From contig JBJKXU010000038.1 of the NCBI GenBank assembly GCA_045561415.1, positions 3,003 to 67,002 on the forward strand: a stretch of 64,000 bases of DNA. Direction: 5' to 3'. Under the pieces are notes generated by a model. That model ran no database searches, was not told the DNA's origin, and saw nothing but the letters and a program-made list of their open reading frames with translations. Shown here piece by piece: positions 1 to 10,386 of this stretch. Numbering within the stretch: the first letter of the stretch is position 1; every line of letters begins with the position of its first letter. The stretch comes from Parvicellaceae bacterium (GTDB lineage Bacteria > Bacteroidota > Bacteroidia > Flavobacteriales_D > Parvicellaceae). The translations under genes were made by a program, and so were the position numbers.

Positions 1-1
1 A

Positions 2-586
2 TTTACTAGAAGATACAATGTCCTACTAAGTGTTGGTTTTATTTTATCTATATTTTATGCCTCTCAAGGAATCAACACCCTTTTAATTGCCTTCAATCAG
101 TCCTACCAAATAGAATTAGAAAGGCATCCTATAAAACAACGATTAATTTCACTTGCTGTCTTTTTTATTATGATGCTATTGTTTCTAATGGCGCTATCGG
201 TTTCCATATTTGGTCAGGCTTTAGCAGATTATATCGCATTTGACACCCAGCATCAGTTTCTTGAGTTTATTTTTACATCCGTGCATTTTATAATTGTATT
301 GTCTATGGTGATGCTCGGTATTTCTATTTTATACCATTACGGACATCCAGAAGTCAAAAAGTTTCAATTTATAAACGCTGGAACTTCGTTTTCAACCCTT
401 GTTATTTTACTAGCTACTTGGGGCCTTTCTGTATATTTTAGTCACTTTAATGTGTACAACAAAATATACGGATCAATAGGATCTTTACTAATTGCTTTGG
501 TTTGGATCAACACAGTAAGCTATGTACTAATAATAGGCTTTGAACTCTACACTAAAGCAGATCAAATAAGAAATCAAAAGAAGTAG
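2..586 (+). CDS. YihY/BrkB family inner-membrane protein, C-terminal part (5' end outside window)
   Basis: The frame is open from base 2, with no stop before the listed Met at 170. The protein is multi-TM hydrophobic. The C-terminal KIYGSIGSLLIALVWINTVSYVLIIGFELY resembles the conserved YihY C-terminus. Confidence 0.6.
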   Translation, partial: FTRRYNVLLSVGFILSIFYASQGINTLLIAFNQSYQIELERHPIKQRLISLAVFFIMMLLFLMALSVSIFGQALADYIAFDTQHQFLEFIFTSVHFIIVLSMVMLGISILYHYGHPEVKKFQFINAGTSFSTLVILLATWGLSVYFSHFNVYNKIYGSIGSLLIALVWINTVSYVLIIGFELYTKADQIRNQKK

Positions 587-590
587 GCGA

Positions 591-1157
591 CTAATCTAAA
601 CCTAACATGTCGTCTTTTAAACTGGTGTCAGCAGGTTTTCCACCCAACCAAATACCAAACAATGCTTGTTTAAATTCAAGCCCTTTAAAAGCACCTCTTT
701 CTTGACCATTTTTGTATAGGTGAACAGCATCACCCTTATGGTAGTTTAACAAAATTTCATCCCCCTCAACAAAAGGATCCTTTAAGAAGGTTTTAAATTG
801 AGCTATTTGTTCAGCAGTTGATTTTCCAGCTGTTGTGTTTTTAAACCCATCTTCGAGTGCATCAATAAAACGTTCTCTTGTCACCATAGCGGAAACAATT
901 ACAATTCGAATACCCATATCTTCATCAGCCATTATAATTTTGTCGGCATCAGATGACTTTTCTTTCAAATAAAGAGCGCCAACATATAAATCAAGGGTGA
1001 AATATTTTTCTCTCAGACCACCTCCGTTAAGTAAAACATCTGAGTTATTGATGGTTATTTTTTCTTGAAAATCAACTCCATCAATTTTTTTTTGGGCTGA
1101 AAAATCAGAGATAAAGCAATAAAAGGCTAAAAAGCTAAACAAAAATTTAAGTTTCAT
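591..1157 (-). CDS. Chalcone-isomerase-like family protein, secreted
   Basis: The ATG at 1157 gives the signal peptide MKLKFLFSFLAFYCFISDFSAQ; the track start at 1196 is a TTG. LLNGGGLREKYFTLDLYVGALYL matches the CHI-like family core. Confidence 0.65.
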   Translation of the reverse strand: MKLKFLFSFLAFYCFISDFSAQKKIDGVDFQEKITINNSDVLLNGGGLREKYFTLDLYVGALYLKEKSSDADKIIMADEDMGIRIVIVSAMVTRERFIDALEDGFKNTTAGKSTAEQIAQFKTFLKDPFVEGDEILLNYHKGDAVHLYKNGQERGAFKGLEFKQALFGIWLGGKPADTSLKDDMLGLD

Positions 1158-1277
1158 AATATTAATTTTAAAAGCGGTTTTGTGAATTAATTGCAAACTT
1201 TATTCCAAATTTGCACCATAAAAATAAGTATTCTTAACTTACGACATCACAACTATTATTTATAATTTTTTAAACCA

Positions 1278-1967
1278 TTGACAACATTCTATTCAAATAG
1301 CATTTCTGAAAAAGAAATTACATTAGATGAAAATGATTCCCGACATGCTATTAGATCTCTTCGATTAAAATTAAACGATAGCGTTCAGGTTGTTTCAGGA
1401 AAAGGAGAATTATTTTATACAGAAATTCTTATTGACCATCCTAAAAAGACTGTTCTTAGCATTATTAAGAAAGACTTATTTAAAGCTGACATCCCTTTAG
1501 TTCTTGCTTTTTGCCCCACTAAAAACAATGATAAAAATGAATTGGTTGTTGAAAAAGCGGTAGAAATTGGAGTAACTAAAATTCTCCCCATTTTCTCTCA
1601 AAATTCTGAAAGAAGAAAATGGAAAACGGATCGAATGAACAAAATAGCAATTGCTGCAATGAAACAATCAGGTAGATATTGGCTGCCAGAAATTATCGAC
1701 CCGATGAATTTTGATGACTTCATAACAACATGTGAAATCCAAAATAGATTTATTGCACATTGTAGAGATCAAGAAAAAGTTTCAATAAATCGTATTAAAG
1801 AACCGAAAAAACCGCAACTCATTGTTATTGGTCCTGAAGGTGACTTCTCTAAAGAAGAAATTAATGTTGCATTAAAAAATCAATTTAAAGCAGTTGATAT
1901 AGGAAAAAACCGTCTTCGTACAGAAACAGCCTGCATTACAGCCTTATCCATTTTAAAAATTGACTAA
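1278..1967 (+). CDS. rsmE: 16S rRNA (uracil1498-N3)-methyltransferase
   Basis: Length of about 229 aa. It has the N-terminal FY...DENDSRHAIRSLRLK PUA-like start and the C-terminal VIGPEGDFSKEEI and RTETA motifs typical of RsmE. The start is a TTG. Confidence 0.85.
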   Translation: MTTFYSNSISEKEITLDENDSRHAIRSLRLKLNDSVQVVSGKGELFYTEILIDHPKKTVLSIIKKDLFKADIPLVLAFCPTKNNDKNELVVEKAVEIGVTKILPIFSQNSERRKWKTDRMNKIAIAAMKQSGRYWLPEIIDPMNFDDFITTCEIQNRFIAHCRDQEKVSINRIKEPKKPQLIVIGPEGDFSKEEINVALKNQFKAVDIGKNRLRTETACITALSILKID

Positions 1968-1970
1968 ATC

Positions 1971-3314
1971 TTATACACCAGTATAATTCTGGGGTGTAAT
2001 TTTAAGTAATTCATCCCTTATTTCAGAAGAGACATCAAGAGCATTGATAAATTCATGCATGGATTCTTGATTAATCTTTTCATTTTTTCTTGTAAGGGCT
2101 TTTAAGGCCTCATAGGGATTAGGGTAAGCTTCTCTTCTTAGAATAGTTTGAATAGCTTCGGCAACAACTGCCCAATTATTTTCTAAATCTTTATCAAAAG
2201 CTGCTCTATTTAACAACAATTTATTCAAGCCTTTAAGGGTAGAATTTAAGCCCAAAACACTGTGCGAAATAGGCACACCAACATTTCTTAAAACCGTGCT
2301 ATCGGTCAAGTCTCTTTGCATTCTACTAATTGGCAATTTAGAACTCAAATGCTCATATAGCGCATTGGCAATACCCAAATTCCCTTCAGAATTTTCAAAA
2401 TCAATAGGGTTTACCTTGTGAGGCATTGCAGAGGAACCCACCTCCCCTTTTTTTATTTTTTGTTTAAAATAATCTAATGAAATATAGGTCCAAAAGTCTT
2501 TATTTAAATCTAAAATAATGGTGTTTATTCTCTTTAAAACATCAAAAAGAGCAGCTAAATGATCGTAATGCTCAATTTGTGTAGTAGTCTGAGATCGAGT
2601 TATTTTAAGTTGGTTTTTTAAAAAATTGTTTGCAAAATCAACCCAATCAATAGCTGGATAAGCAACATGATGTGCATTGAAGTTACCAGTAGCTCCCCCA
2701 AATTTACCTGCATAAGTAATTTTCTTTAGCTGATCCAACTGCACATCTAATCTTTCAGTAAAAACACATACCTCTTTACCTAATCTTGTTGGAGAAGCTG
2801 GCTGACCATGGGTCCTTGCTAGCATAGAAACATCTTCCCAATCTTTGGCTAGCTGTTTCAATAAATCAATTAACGATGCTAATAATGGAATGTATTGCTG
2901 TTCAACCCCATCTTTTAGTGTCATTGGCACAGCGGTATTGTTTATGTCTTGAGAGGTTAGTCCAAAATGGATAAATTCTTTTTGCTGACCTATAGCGAGC
3001 TCATCCATTTTTTCTTTAATGAAATATTCAACCGCCTTTACATCATGATTGGTTGTTTTTTCTATTTCTTTTACTCTAGCAGCATCAGTTTCTGTGAAAT
3101 TTAAATACAAATCTCTTAAAAGACGATTATTTTCTTGATTGTAATCAGCAAGTTGAGGCAAAGGAATATTTGCTAGTGCTATAAAATATTCTACCTCTAC
3201 TTTAATCCTATATTGTATTAATGATGCTTCTGAAAAGTAAGCTGAAAGACTTTTAGTTACCCTTCTGTACCTACCATCAATAGGTCCGATTGCTGAAAGT
3301 TCTGTTAAATTCAT
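1971..3314 (-). CDS. purB: Adenylosuccinate lyase
   Basis: Contains GPIDGRYR near the N-terminus and the fumarate-lyase signature GSSAMPHKVNP. The 447 aa length is typical. Confidence 0.95.
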   Translation of the reverse strand: MNLTELSAIGPIDGRYRRVTKSLSAYFSEASLIQYRIKVEVEYFIALANIPLPQLADYNQENNRLLRDLYLNFTETDAARVKEIEKTTNHDVKAVEYFIKEKMDELAIGQQKEFIHFGLTSQDINNTAVPMTLKDGVEQQYIPLLASLIDLLKQLAKDWEDVSMLARTHGQPASPTRLGKEVCVFTERLDVQLDQLKKITYAGKFGGATGNFNAHHVAYPAIDWVDFANNFLKNQLKITRSQTTTQIEHYDHLAALFDVLKRINTIILDLNKDFWTYISLDYFKQKIKKGEVGSSAMPHKVNPIDFENSEGNLGIANALYEHLSSKLPISRMQRDLTDSTVLRNVGVPISHSVLGLNSTLKGLNKLLLNRAAFDKDLENNWAVVAEAIQTILRREAYPNPYEALKALTRKNEKINQESMHEFINALDVSSEIRDELLKITPQNYTGV

Positions 3315-3402
3315 TGTAAGTTAAATTGTTTGCAAAAGTATGAAATTGAACTGCCAATAGAGCAAAGAATCAGTAATTTAATGCCCAAAACAACCATTTG
3401 CC

Positions 3403-4251
3403 ATGTGGAAAGATTTTAAGCTTGGAATAAGGTCTTATGTAAATGCTTTAATTTTCATTAAAACCCATCGATTTTGGATTTACTTTTTATTTCCAATTTT
3501 ATTGTTTGCTGGAGTATATTTCCTAGGTTTTTACTTTAAAGATTTGACAGCTATTTACAAAGCTCCCAAGGATGCTGGTTTTTTCAAAAGCGTTTATCAT
3601 TTTTTTGTTTCTGGTTTTTTTCTTTTGCTATCCTTCATGTTTCTTAATTTCATTCGTTACGTGATTATTTTATTGATCTCCCCTTTGCTTTCTATTGTCT
3701 CTGAGAGAACTGAACGAATTTTAACTCAAAACAAGTATAATTATAATCTAAAGCAATTAATTAAAGATGTAAAAAGAGCACTTAATTTAATTATTAGAAA
3801 TCTATTCTGGGAAATGACTTTAGGGCTTGTAGTGATAATTTTATCAATGCTATTGAATTACTTTTTCTCAATAAACGATGCGGTTAGATTAACAATAGAG
3901 CAGGCATTAATTTCTTTAATCGCTTTCTATTACTATGGTTTTGGGTTCATCGACTACATTATGGAACGACTAAAAATGAATCACTTTCAAAGCATAAAAT
4001 TTGTAAGAAAACATCGAGGGCTAGCCATAGCATTAGGGTTAGTCTTTACTCCAATTTTTCATTATTCTAATAACTTCCTATTTACAATTAAAGAACAATT
4101 TGAAACTGGAAGCATTTACTTCACATTAATAGTATTACTTTCTGCTTCAATAATTGCAATTATTCCAATTGTATCCATGGTAGCTGCAACTTTAGCAGTA
4201 CACCAGCTTATAGATTTAAAAAAATCACACCCTGAAAATAGGAACCTATAA
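3403..4251 (+). CDS. EI24/CysZ-like multi-pass membrane protein
   Basis: Predicted 6+ TM helices. The N-terminal pattern FKLGIRSYVNALIFIKTHRFWIYFLFPILL resembles EI24-domain proteins. The family call is tentative. Confidence 0.5.
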   Translation: MWKDFKLGIRSYVNALIFIKTHRFWIYFLFPILLFAGVYFLGFYFKDLTAIYKAPKDAGFFKSVYHFFVSGFFLLLSFMFLNFIRYVIILLISPLLSIVSERTERILTQNKYNYNLKQLIKDVKRALNLIIRNLFWEMTLGLVVIILSMLLNYFFSINDAVRLTIEQALISLIAFYYYGFGFIDYIMERLKMNHFQSIKFVRKHRGLAIALGLVFTPIFHYSNNFLFTIKEQFETGSIYFTLIVLLSASIIAIIPIVSMVAATLAVHQLIDLKKSHPENRNL

Positions 4252-4321
4252 TCAGACTTTAACTTGATAAATTCTTCATCAATTTAATTATATTTGTTAC
4301 AAGACCCTTTTAAATGTAACA

Positions 4322-5680
4322 ATGAAGTATTTAGTTTCTATTCTTATCATTTCAATTCTATCAACCTTAACCTATGCTCAGCAGGCTGATACTACTAAAA
4401 CATTTATTGATAAAACCAAAATTCAAATTAAACTAACTGATGCTAAGCATAAATTTTATGCACACAACTACAGGGCTTCAGTAATTGCTTTCAAAGAAGT
4501 TTTAGCTCTAGACAAAGAAAATGCAAAAGCAAATTATGGAATTGCACAATGTGAATATGCCATGAAAAACTTCAGCAAAGCCAAAGATTATATCTTTAAG
4601 GCTTATGCTCAAAACAGTAAAGTTGACCCGGATATAAATTACCTAATGGGCAACATCTATTTTAGAATTGGAGAGCTAGAAAAAGCAACTGATTTTCTAA
4701 ATAAATTTAAAAGTGAAGCCAAAGAAGCCACATTAACTGACTACGATGTTGATTTAATTATTAAACAGCTTAACTATGCTAAAGAAGCTATTAAAGCTCC
4801 TATAGATGTGACAATTACTAACATGGGAGAAAACATCAATTCTTCAGCTCCAGAATTTGCTCCATGTATTTCTCAAGATGGAAAATACATGGTTTTCACC
4901 TCTAGAAGAGCCAACACAAAGGGGGGAAGAATAGATGTCAACTTTGATCACATGTACTACACTGACATCTACATCTGTGAGTGGGATGACTACATAAATG
5001 ATTGGGGAGAACCAAGCAATTCTTTAGGTAAAGTAAATACAGAATACCATGATGGCGGATTGAGCTTTACGGCTGACAATTCTTTATTGGTATATAGAAA
5101 CATATATAATGTAACTAGAAGTGGCGACATCTATGTTTCTAAGCAAGCTAAATCTGGAAGCTGGGCCACCCCTAAACCTATTGCGTATAAGGATAAAAAA
5201 ATTAGCAAGAAAATAAACTCTAGTTATTTCGAAAGTTCAGCAAGCATTACAGCTGATCAAGAATATATTTATTTTGTTTCAGAACGACCAGGAGGATCTG
5301 GATTAGCAGACATCTATTACGTTAAGAAAACAGGGAAGACATATACTGAACCTCAAAATTTAGGTCCACAAATCAACTCAGCTAATGATGAAAAATGTGT
5401 TTTTATACATCCAGACGGCAATCTTCTTTTCTTCACTTCAAATGGCAGGAATGAAAGTATTGGCAGTTATGACATTTATTACTGCACCGGAGGACATGGA
5501 AAATGGAGTAAACCAATGAATTTAGGCTATCCAATAAACACCTTCATGGAAGAAAAGACCATATCTGTTTCTAAAGATGGTAAAACTGCTTATGTGGGTG
5601 CCTATTATGACATCAATAGCCAAGGGGATGCAGATCTATTTAAAATAGATTTATCAAAACTAAATTTAATAAAAGAATAG
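4322..5680 (+). CDS. Secreted TPR + PD40 (TolB-like beta-propeller repeat) protein
   Basis: Has a signal peptide and TPR-like helices (AKANYGIAQCEYAMKNFSKAKDY...). PD40-like repeats are present: SAPEFAPCISQDGKYMVFTSRR, EYIYFVSERPGG and PDGNLLFFTSNG. No OmpA-like C-terminal domain is present. Confidence 0.65.
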   Translation: MKYLVSILIISILSTLTYAQQADTTKTFIDKTKIQIKLTDAKHKFYAHNYRASVIAFKEVLALDKENAKANYGIAQCEYAMKNFSKAKDYIFKAYAQNSKVDPDINYLMGNIYFRIGELEKATDFLNKFKSEAKEATLTDYDVDLIIKQLNYAKEAIKAPIDVTITNMGENINSSAPEFAPCISQDGKYMVFTSRRANTKGGRIDVNFDHMYYTDIYICEWDDYINDWGEPSNSLGKVNTEYHDGGLSFTADNSLLVYRNIYNVTRSGDIYVSKQAKSGSWATPKPIAYKDKKISKKINSSYFESSASITADQEYIYFVSERPGGSGLADIYYVKKTGKTYTEPQNLGPQINSANDEKCVFIHPDGNLLFFTSNGRNESIGSYDIYYCTGGHGKWSKPMNLGYPINTFMEEKTISVSKDGKTAYVGAYYDINSQGDADLFKIDLSKLNLIKE

Positions 5681-6922
5681 CTATTTAATTAGCATTAATC
5701 TGAGCATATTTAAAGCAGACAAGCTGCTTATTAAAATATTTCTTTCTCTATTGTCTCCCAACGTTAGCTTTTTAGAGATTACTCTATTTTTATTTGCAAC
5801 AGCAATCCATATCGTTCCAACTGGTTTTTCATCAGAACCACCATTTGGACCAGCTATTCCAGAGCTAGCAATAGAATAATCCGTATTAAATTGTTTATTC
5901 GCTCCTAAGGCCATCTGCTCAACAACTTGCTTGCTTACTGCACCATGAGAAATTATGGAATTGGGATCAACATTCAGAAAACTTTCTTTTAATTCATTGG
6001 AATAGGCAACAATTGATCCTTTGTAATAATCAGAAGAACCACTTATTCCTGTTATCATGTGCGCAATATTACCACCTGTACAGCTTTCCGCTAATGAGAG
6101 CGTAGACTTTCTTTTTCTTAACAGGTTACCTACAACTTCTTCAATTTTATCCTTTTCATAACCATAGATGTAATCGGGAATAAGCTCTTTTAGTTGTGCT
6201 ATAAAATATTCAATACGTTGGCTTAAAATTTTCTCATCACCACCAAATGCAGAAATTCTAAGCTTAACAATTCCAGGAGAAGGGAGGTAGGCCAACTTTA
6301 ATCCTGATCTGTTTATTTCATCTTCCCAATCTTTTATAATCTCTGCCAAAAAAGACTCTCCAATACCCTGAGTTTTAACCGTCTTATTTACAACATTGGA
6401 AACTAATTTTTTATCTTTAAGTTTTGGAACAATTGCATCCAAAAATATTCCTTTCATTTCATAAGGAACACCAGGAAGAGCAATAAAAATTACCTTATCT
6501 TTTTCAAACCACATTCCACTAGCAGTGCCTCTTGAATTATGCAAAACTTCACAATTATCTGGTAAAAGTGCTTGATCACTATTGACCTGTAACATTTTTA
6601 AATTTCGACTTGAAAAATACGCTGTTATTTTTTCTAAAACTTGAGTATTAACAGTAAGGGTTGAGTCGAAATATTCACATAGCGTGTTTTTAGTAATGTC
6701 ATCATTTGTAGGTCCTAGTCCACCAGTAATTAAAACCAATTGTGAACGATTAATTGCAATATCTAAAGAACTTAAAATATGGCTTCTATCGTCTCTAATG
6801 GAAGAGATTTGACTTACCTTAATGCCTAATAAATTCAATTGTTCTCCCATCCAAGATCCATTAGTATCTACCGTCTGGCCTATCAAAAGCTCATCTCCAA
6901 TTGTAATTAATTCTGCGTTCAT
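5681..6922 (-). CDS. cinA: CinA-family competence/damage-inducible protein (nicotinamide-nucleotide amidohydrolase)
   Basis: MNAELITIGDELLIGQTVDTN is the MoCF-type N-terminus. The C-terminal PncC-like domain carries LSLAESCTGG. Confidence 0.9.
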   Translation of the reverse strand: MNAELITIGDELLIGQTVDTNGSWMGEQLNLLGIKVSQISSIRDDRSHILSSLDIAINRSQLVLITGGLGPTNDDITKNTLCEYFDSTLTVNTQVLEKITAYFSSRNLKMLQVNSDQALLPDNCEVLHNSRGTASGMWFEKDKVIFIALPGVPYEMKGIFLDAIVPKLKDKKLVSNVVNKTVKTQGIGESFLAEIIKDWEDEINRSGLKLAYLPSPGIVKLRISAFGGDEKILSQRIEYFIAQLKELIPDYIYGYEKDKIEEVVGNLLRKRKSTLSLAESCTGGNIAHMITGISGSSDYYKGSIVAYSNELKESFLNVDPNSIISHGAVSKQVVEQMALGANKQFNTDYSIASSGIAGPNGGSDEKPVGTIWIAVANKNRVISKKLTLGDNRERNILISSLSALNMLRLMLIK

Positions 6923-7021
6923 CTAATGTTTATTAGAAACAAAAATAAGTTTATAGTTGAAAGCTTTAGAATAAGTTTGGCAAAATAATTGTTATGTTTA
7001 CGTTGAACCAATAAAAACAAA

Positions 7022-7780
7022 ATGAAAAAGCACATTACTTACCTTCTTTTTTTCTTTAGCTTTTCAATTACACTAAGTAATTGTAGCAGTCAAATCAACT
7101 TGAACAAACTTTCTAAAAAAGTAAAAGACCAAGTACTTAATAGTTCAGAAACTACTTCCAATCCGCTTTCTAATGATGAAGTAATTGCCGGCTTAAAAGA
7201 AGCGCTTACCCTTGGAATTAACAATGGTTCTGGGAAAGCATCTAAGCTTGACGGCTTTTTAAAGAATGAAAAAATTCGTCTTCCTTTTCCTGCGGATGCG
7301 CAAAAAGTAAAAGACAAAGCCATTCAATTGGGTTTAAATAAAAAAGTAGAAGAATTTGAAACCACGCTAAATAGAGCTGCAGAAGAAGCTGCCAAAGAAG
7401 CTGCTCCTATTTTCATCTCAGCCATTAAAGAAATGTCTATTGGTGATGGTTTTGAGATCCTTAAAGGGAAAGATAATGCAGCAACTAATTACCTAAAGGA
7501 AAAAACCACTGACAAACTGGTTACTGCTTTTTCTCCTAAAGTTGAAAATGCTATAAATAAAGTTAACCTAACTAAATACTGGGAACCGCTAACAACTGCC
7601 TACAACTCAGCATCTTTTTTAACTGGCAGTGAGGACATTAACACAGATCTTAACAGCTACATTACCCAAAAAGCAATCGATGGATTATTTAAACTCGTTG
7701 CAGAAGAGGAGCTCAAAATTCGTAAAGACCCGGTAGCTAGAGTAACTGACGTGTTGAAAAAAGTATTTGGAAGTCTTTAA
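7022..7780 (+). CDS. DUF4197-like lipoprotein
   Basis: Lipoprotein-type signal (SITLSNC). LSNDEVIAGLKEALTLGINNGSGKASKLDGFLKNEKIRLPFP matches my recollection of the DUF4197 N-terminal core. Confidence 0.55.
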   Translation: MKKHITYLLFFFSFSITLSNCSSQINLNKLSKKVKDQVLNSSETTSNPLSNDEVIAGLKEALTLGINNGSGKASKLDGFLKNEKIRLPFPADAQKVKDKAIQLGLNKKVEEFETTLNRAAEEAAKEAAPIFISAIKEMSIGDGFEILKGKDNAATNYLKEKTTDKLVTAFSPKVENAINKVNLTKYWEPLTTAYNSASFLTGSEDINTDLNSYITQKAIDGLFKLVAEEELKIRKDPVARVTDVLKKVFGSL

Positions 7781-7823
7781 TTAATCACTTTTTGAGCTAT
7801 ACTTTTTTTAACTACATTTAAAC

Positions 7824-8720
7824 ATGAAAGAATGTGCGGTTTATCATAAAAACACCATAGCTCCATCAGAACTTATACTTAGTGATCAAGGGAGAATTTA
7901 CCACATTAACCTCAAAGCTGATGATATAGCTGACAATGTTATTGTTGTTGGGGATCAGGAAAGAGTGAAACAGGTTTCTAAGCATTTTGATTCTATAGAG
8001 TTTAAAATGGCAAAACGAGAATTCATCACTCATACTGGCACCTACAAAGGCCTTAAAATAACGGTACTATCTACCGGAATAGGAACAGACAACATAGACA
8101 TAGCAATTAATGAGCTGGATGCAGCAGTAAACATTGATTTTAAAACAAGAAAAATTAAGGAGAAAAAAAGAAAACTAAATATCATAAGAATAGGAACAAG
8201 TGGTTCGCTTCAGGAGGACATTCCCGTAGATAGTTTTGTAGCGTCATCTTACGGACTTGGATTTGACGGACTTTTGGGTTTTTACCAAAGCCTGTTCGAA
8301 AATGATGAAATTGAACTACAAGAAGCATTCAAAAGTCAAATCAATTGGCCTAAAAATGCCAACTCCATTTACTTCACTAGAGGAAACAATCAACTGATCA
8401 ACAAAATTGGCTTTGACATGAATACTGGAATTACAGCTACGGCCAATGGGTTTTATGGACCTCAGGGAAGATCATTAAGGCTAGCCACAGAAGTTCCCAA
8501 CCTAAACGAACAACTCAATAACTTTCACTTTAAAAATCATAGAATTACCAATTTTGAAATGGAAACCTCTGCCTTATATGGTTTAAGTGCAATGCTAGGG
8601 CATAACGCATGTACAGTATGCGCAATTATTGCCAACAGATTTAAAAAAGAATATTCAAAAGACTATAAAAAAACTGTTGACCAGCTTATTGAGGTTGTTT
8701 TAAACAGATTAATAAAATAG
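7824..8720 (+). CDS. Nucleoside phosphorylase (PNP/UDP family 1, uridine-phosphorylase-like)
   Basis: VIVVGDQERV, the ...IRIGTSGSLQ... phosphate-binding pattern and NFEMETSALYGL are typical of the hexameric-type PNP/UDP family. Confidence 0.7.
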   Translation: MKECAVYHKNTIAPSELILSDQGRIYHINLKADDIADNVIVVGDQERVKQVSKHFDSIEFKMAKREFITHTGTYKGLKITVLSTGIGTDNIDIAINELDAAVNIDFKTRKIKEKKRKLNIIRIGTSGSLQEDIPVDSFVASSYGLGFDGLLGFYQSLFENDEIELQEAFKSQINWPKNANSIYFTRGNNQLINKIGFDMNTGITATANGFYGPQGRSLRLATEVPNLNEQLNNFHFKNHRITNFEMETSALYGLSAMLGHNACTVCAIIANRFKKEYSKDYKKTVDQLIEVVLNRLIK

Positions 8721-8781
8721 AAAGCTATAAAAACTCTAGCTTTTTGACAACCTAAAAAGTTTTTTTTCGTAATTAATTTAA

Positions 8782-9657
8782 ATGGCTGATCCTTCAGAAA
8801 TAAATGCTTTGGTGCAACTTATTGATGACCCTGATGAATTAATTTTCAACCAAGTCAAAGATAAAATCATGAACATGGGCCCCACTGTAATTCCTCATCT
8901 TGAGAAAGCGTGGGCCAAAGAACAACTAGGAGACCTCTTTCAATCAAGATTAGAAAACATTATTCATGATATTCATATAAAAGATGTCTTTAAAAAATTA
9001 GCAAATTGGATAATTGAACCGCAAAATTTACTAGCAGGGGTTTTAATAGTAAATGGCTATAAATATCCCAACATTAACTTATCTGCTATTGAAGAAATCA
9101 TACAGCAAATAACCAATGACATTAAATCTCAATTCAAACCAAATTTTACAATTCTAGAGAAAATACAGGTAATAAATAAAATAATTTTTGAGGTTTATGG
9201 ATTTAAAGGGGATAAAACTAATTATCATGCTCCGGAAAACTCTTATTTCAATGTTGTTCTAGCTAAGAAAAAGGGGAATCCACTTATGCTATCAATACTA
9301 TACATTGAAATTGCTCAACGACTAAAAATTCCAATATCTGGAATCAACCTGCCTAACCACTTTCTTGTAGGCCTAAAAGATAAGGGATATGAAAAAAATG
9401 ATCTGTTATTTGACAGAGATTCACATGGGATTTTATTTTACATCAACCCATTTAGCAAAGGAGCAATTTTATATCATGATGAAATAGATGATTTTCTTTT
9501 CGAGCTAAAATTAAAACAACTTCCTAAATATTACTCTAGCTGTAGTAACATAGAAATTATTCGAAGAATACTTACGAATTTAATTTACAGCTACACAAAA
9601 TTAAAAAAGGATGTTAAAGTGAAAGAGCTAACAAAAATTATTCAGCTTTTGAATTAA
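8782..9657 (+). CDS. Transglutaminase-like (SirB1-type) family protein
   Basis: KKKGNPLMLSILYIEIAQRLKIPISGINLPNHFLVG matches the transglutaminase-core-2/SirB1 N-terminal domain pattern. Confidence 0.6.
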   Translation: MADPSEINALVQLIDDPDELIFNQVKDKIMNMGPTVIPHLEKAWAKEQLGDLFQSRLENIIHDIHIKDVFKKLANWIIEPQNLLAGVLIVNGYKYPNINLSAIEEIIQQITNDIKSQFKPNFTILEKIQVINKIIFEVYGFKGDKTNYHAPENSYFNVVLAKKKGNPLMLSILYIEIAQRLKIPISGINLPNHFLVGLKDKGYEKNDLLFDRDSHGILFYINPFSKGAILYHDEIDDFLFELKLKQLPKYYSSCSNIEIIRRILTNLIYSYTKLKKDVKVKELTKIIQLLN

Positions 9658-9810
9658 TCTCTTTTTTAAATGCATTCATCATTAATAAAAACCTACTCAT
9701 GTGTGAAAAACACATCTTCAACTAAAAAAAGTGATTTACCTTACAATAGGGAATTAAACCTTAAGAATAACAAATTTATTTATTACATTAGTAACATCTA
9801 GAAAAAATCA

Positions 9811-10386
9811 ATGGGAGACCCTACTAATAAAGTTGCGCAAGTGTGTAATTTGAAGTTTCAAGATTTCAAAAAAAAACACTCCATTGAAACATCCACATTT
9901 TTTATTTCTCATTTTGGTGAGCTCTCACAAGAAATGGTAAACCAAATTTCCATGGAAACAGAGCAAAAGATGATGAAGTCAGGTGACAAAAAAGTTGTAA
10001 TCAAAAAAGCCTTTAATATCTTAATTGAAGGACTTCAAAACATTAGACTTCATGGAGCAAAAGATAATAATGGAGTTCAAACCTCATTTTTAAAAATTGC
10101 CAAACAAGATTCAAATTATAAAATACTTATAGGCAACCTTGTTGAAAACAAAAATGTAGCTACGATTAAATCTAAAATTGATTTAATTAACAACTCCAAT
10201 CTTGATCAGATAAAAGAAATGTATGTGAATACATTAACAAATGGAATTATTTCTAAAAAAGGTGGAGCAGGGTTAGGTTTTATTACCATGGCCATGAAAT
10301 CCAAAAACAATCTAGATTTTAACTTTGCTTTAATAAATGATGACATTTCATGCTTTTCAGTTGAACTAATTTTAAATAGAGCATGA
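9811..10386 (+). CDS. SiaB-like small protein kinase (GHKL-type ATP-binding fold)
   Basis: About 190 aa with the C-terminal glycine-rich GGAGLGFITMA motif. It overlaps a DUF1987 gene by ATGA, which is the arrangement typical of SiaB/SiaC pairs. Confidence 0.55.
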   Translation: MGDPTNKVAQVCNLKFQDFKKKHSIETSTFFISHFGELSQEMVNQISMETEQKMMKSGDKKVVIKKAFNILIEGLQNIRLHGAKDNNGVQTSFLKIAKQDSNYKILIGNLVENKNVATIKSKIDLINNSNLDQIKEMYVNTLTNGIISKKGGAGLGFITMAMKSKNNLDFNFALINDDISCFSVELILNRA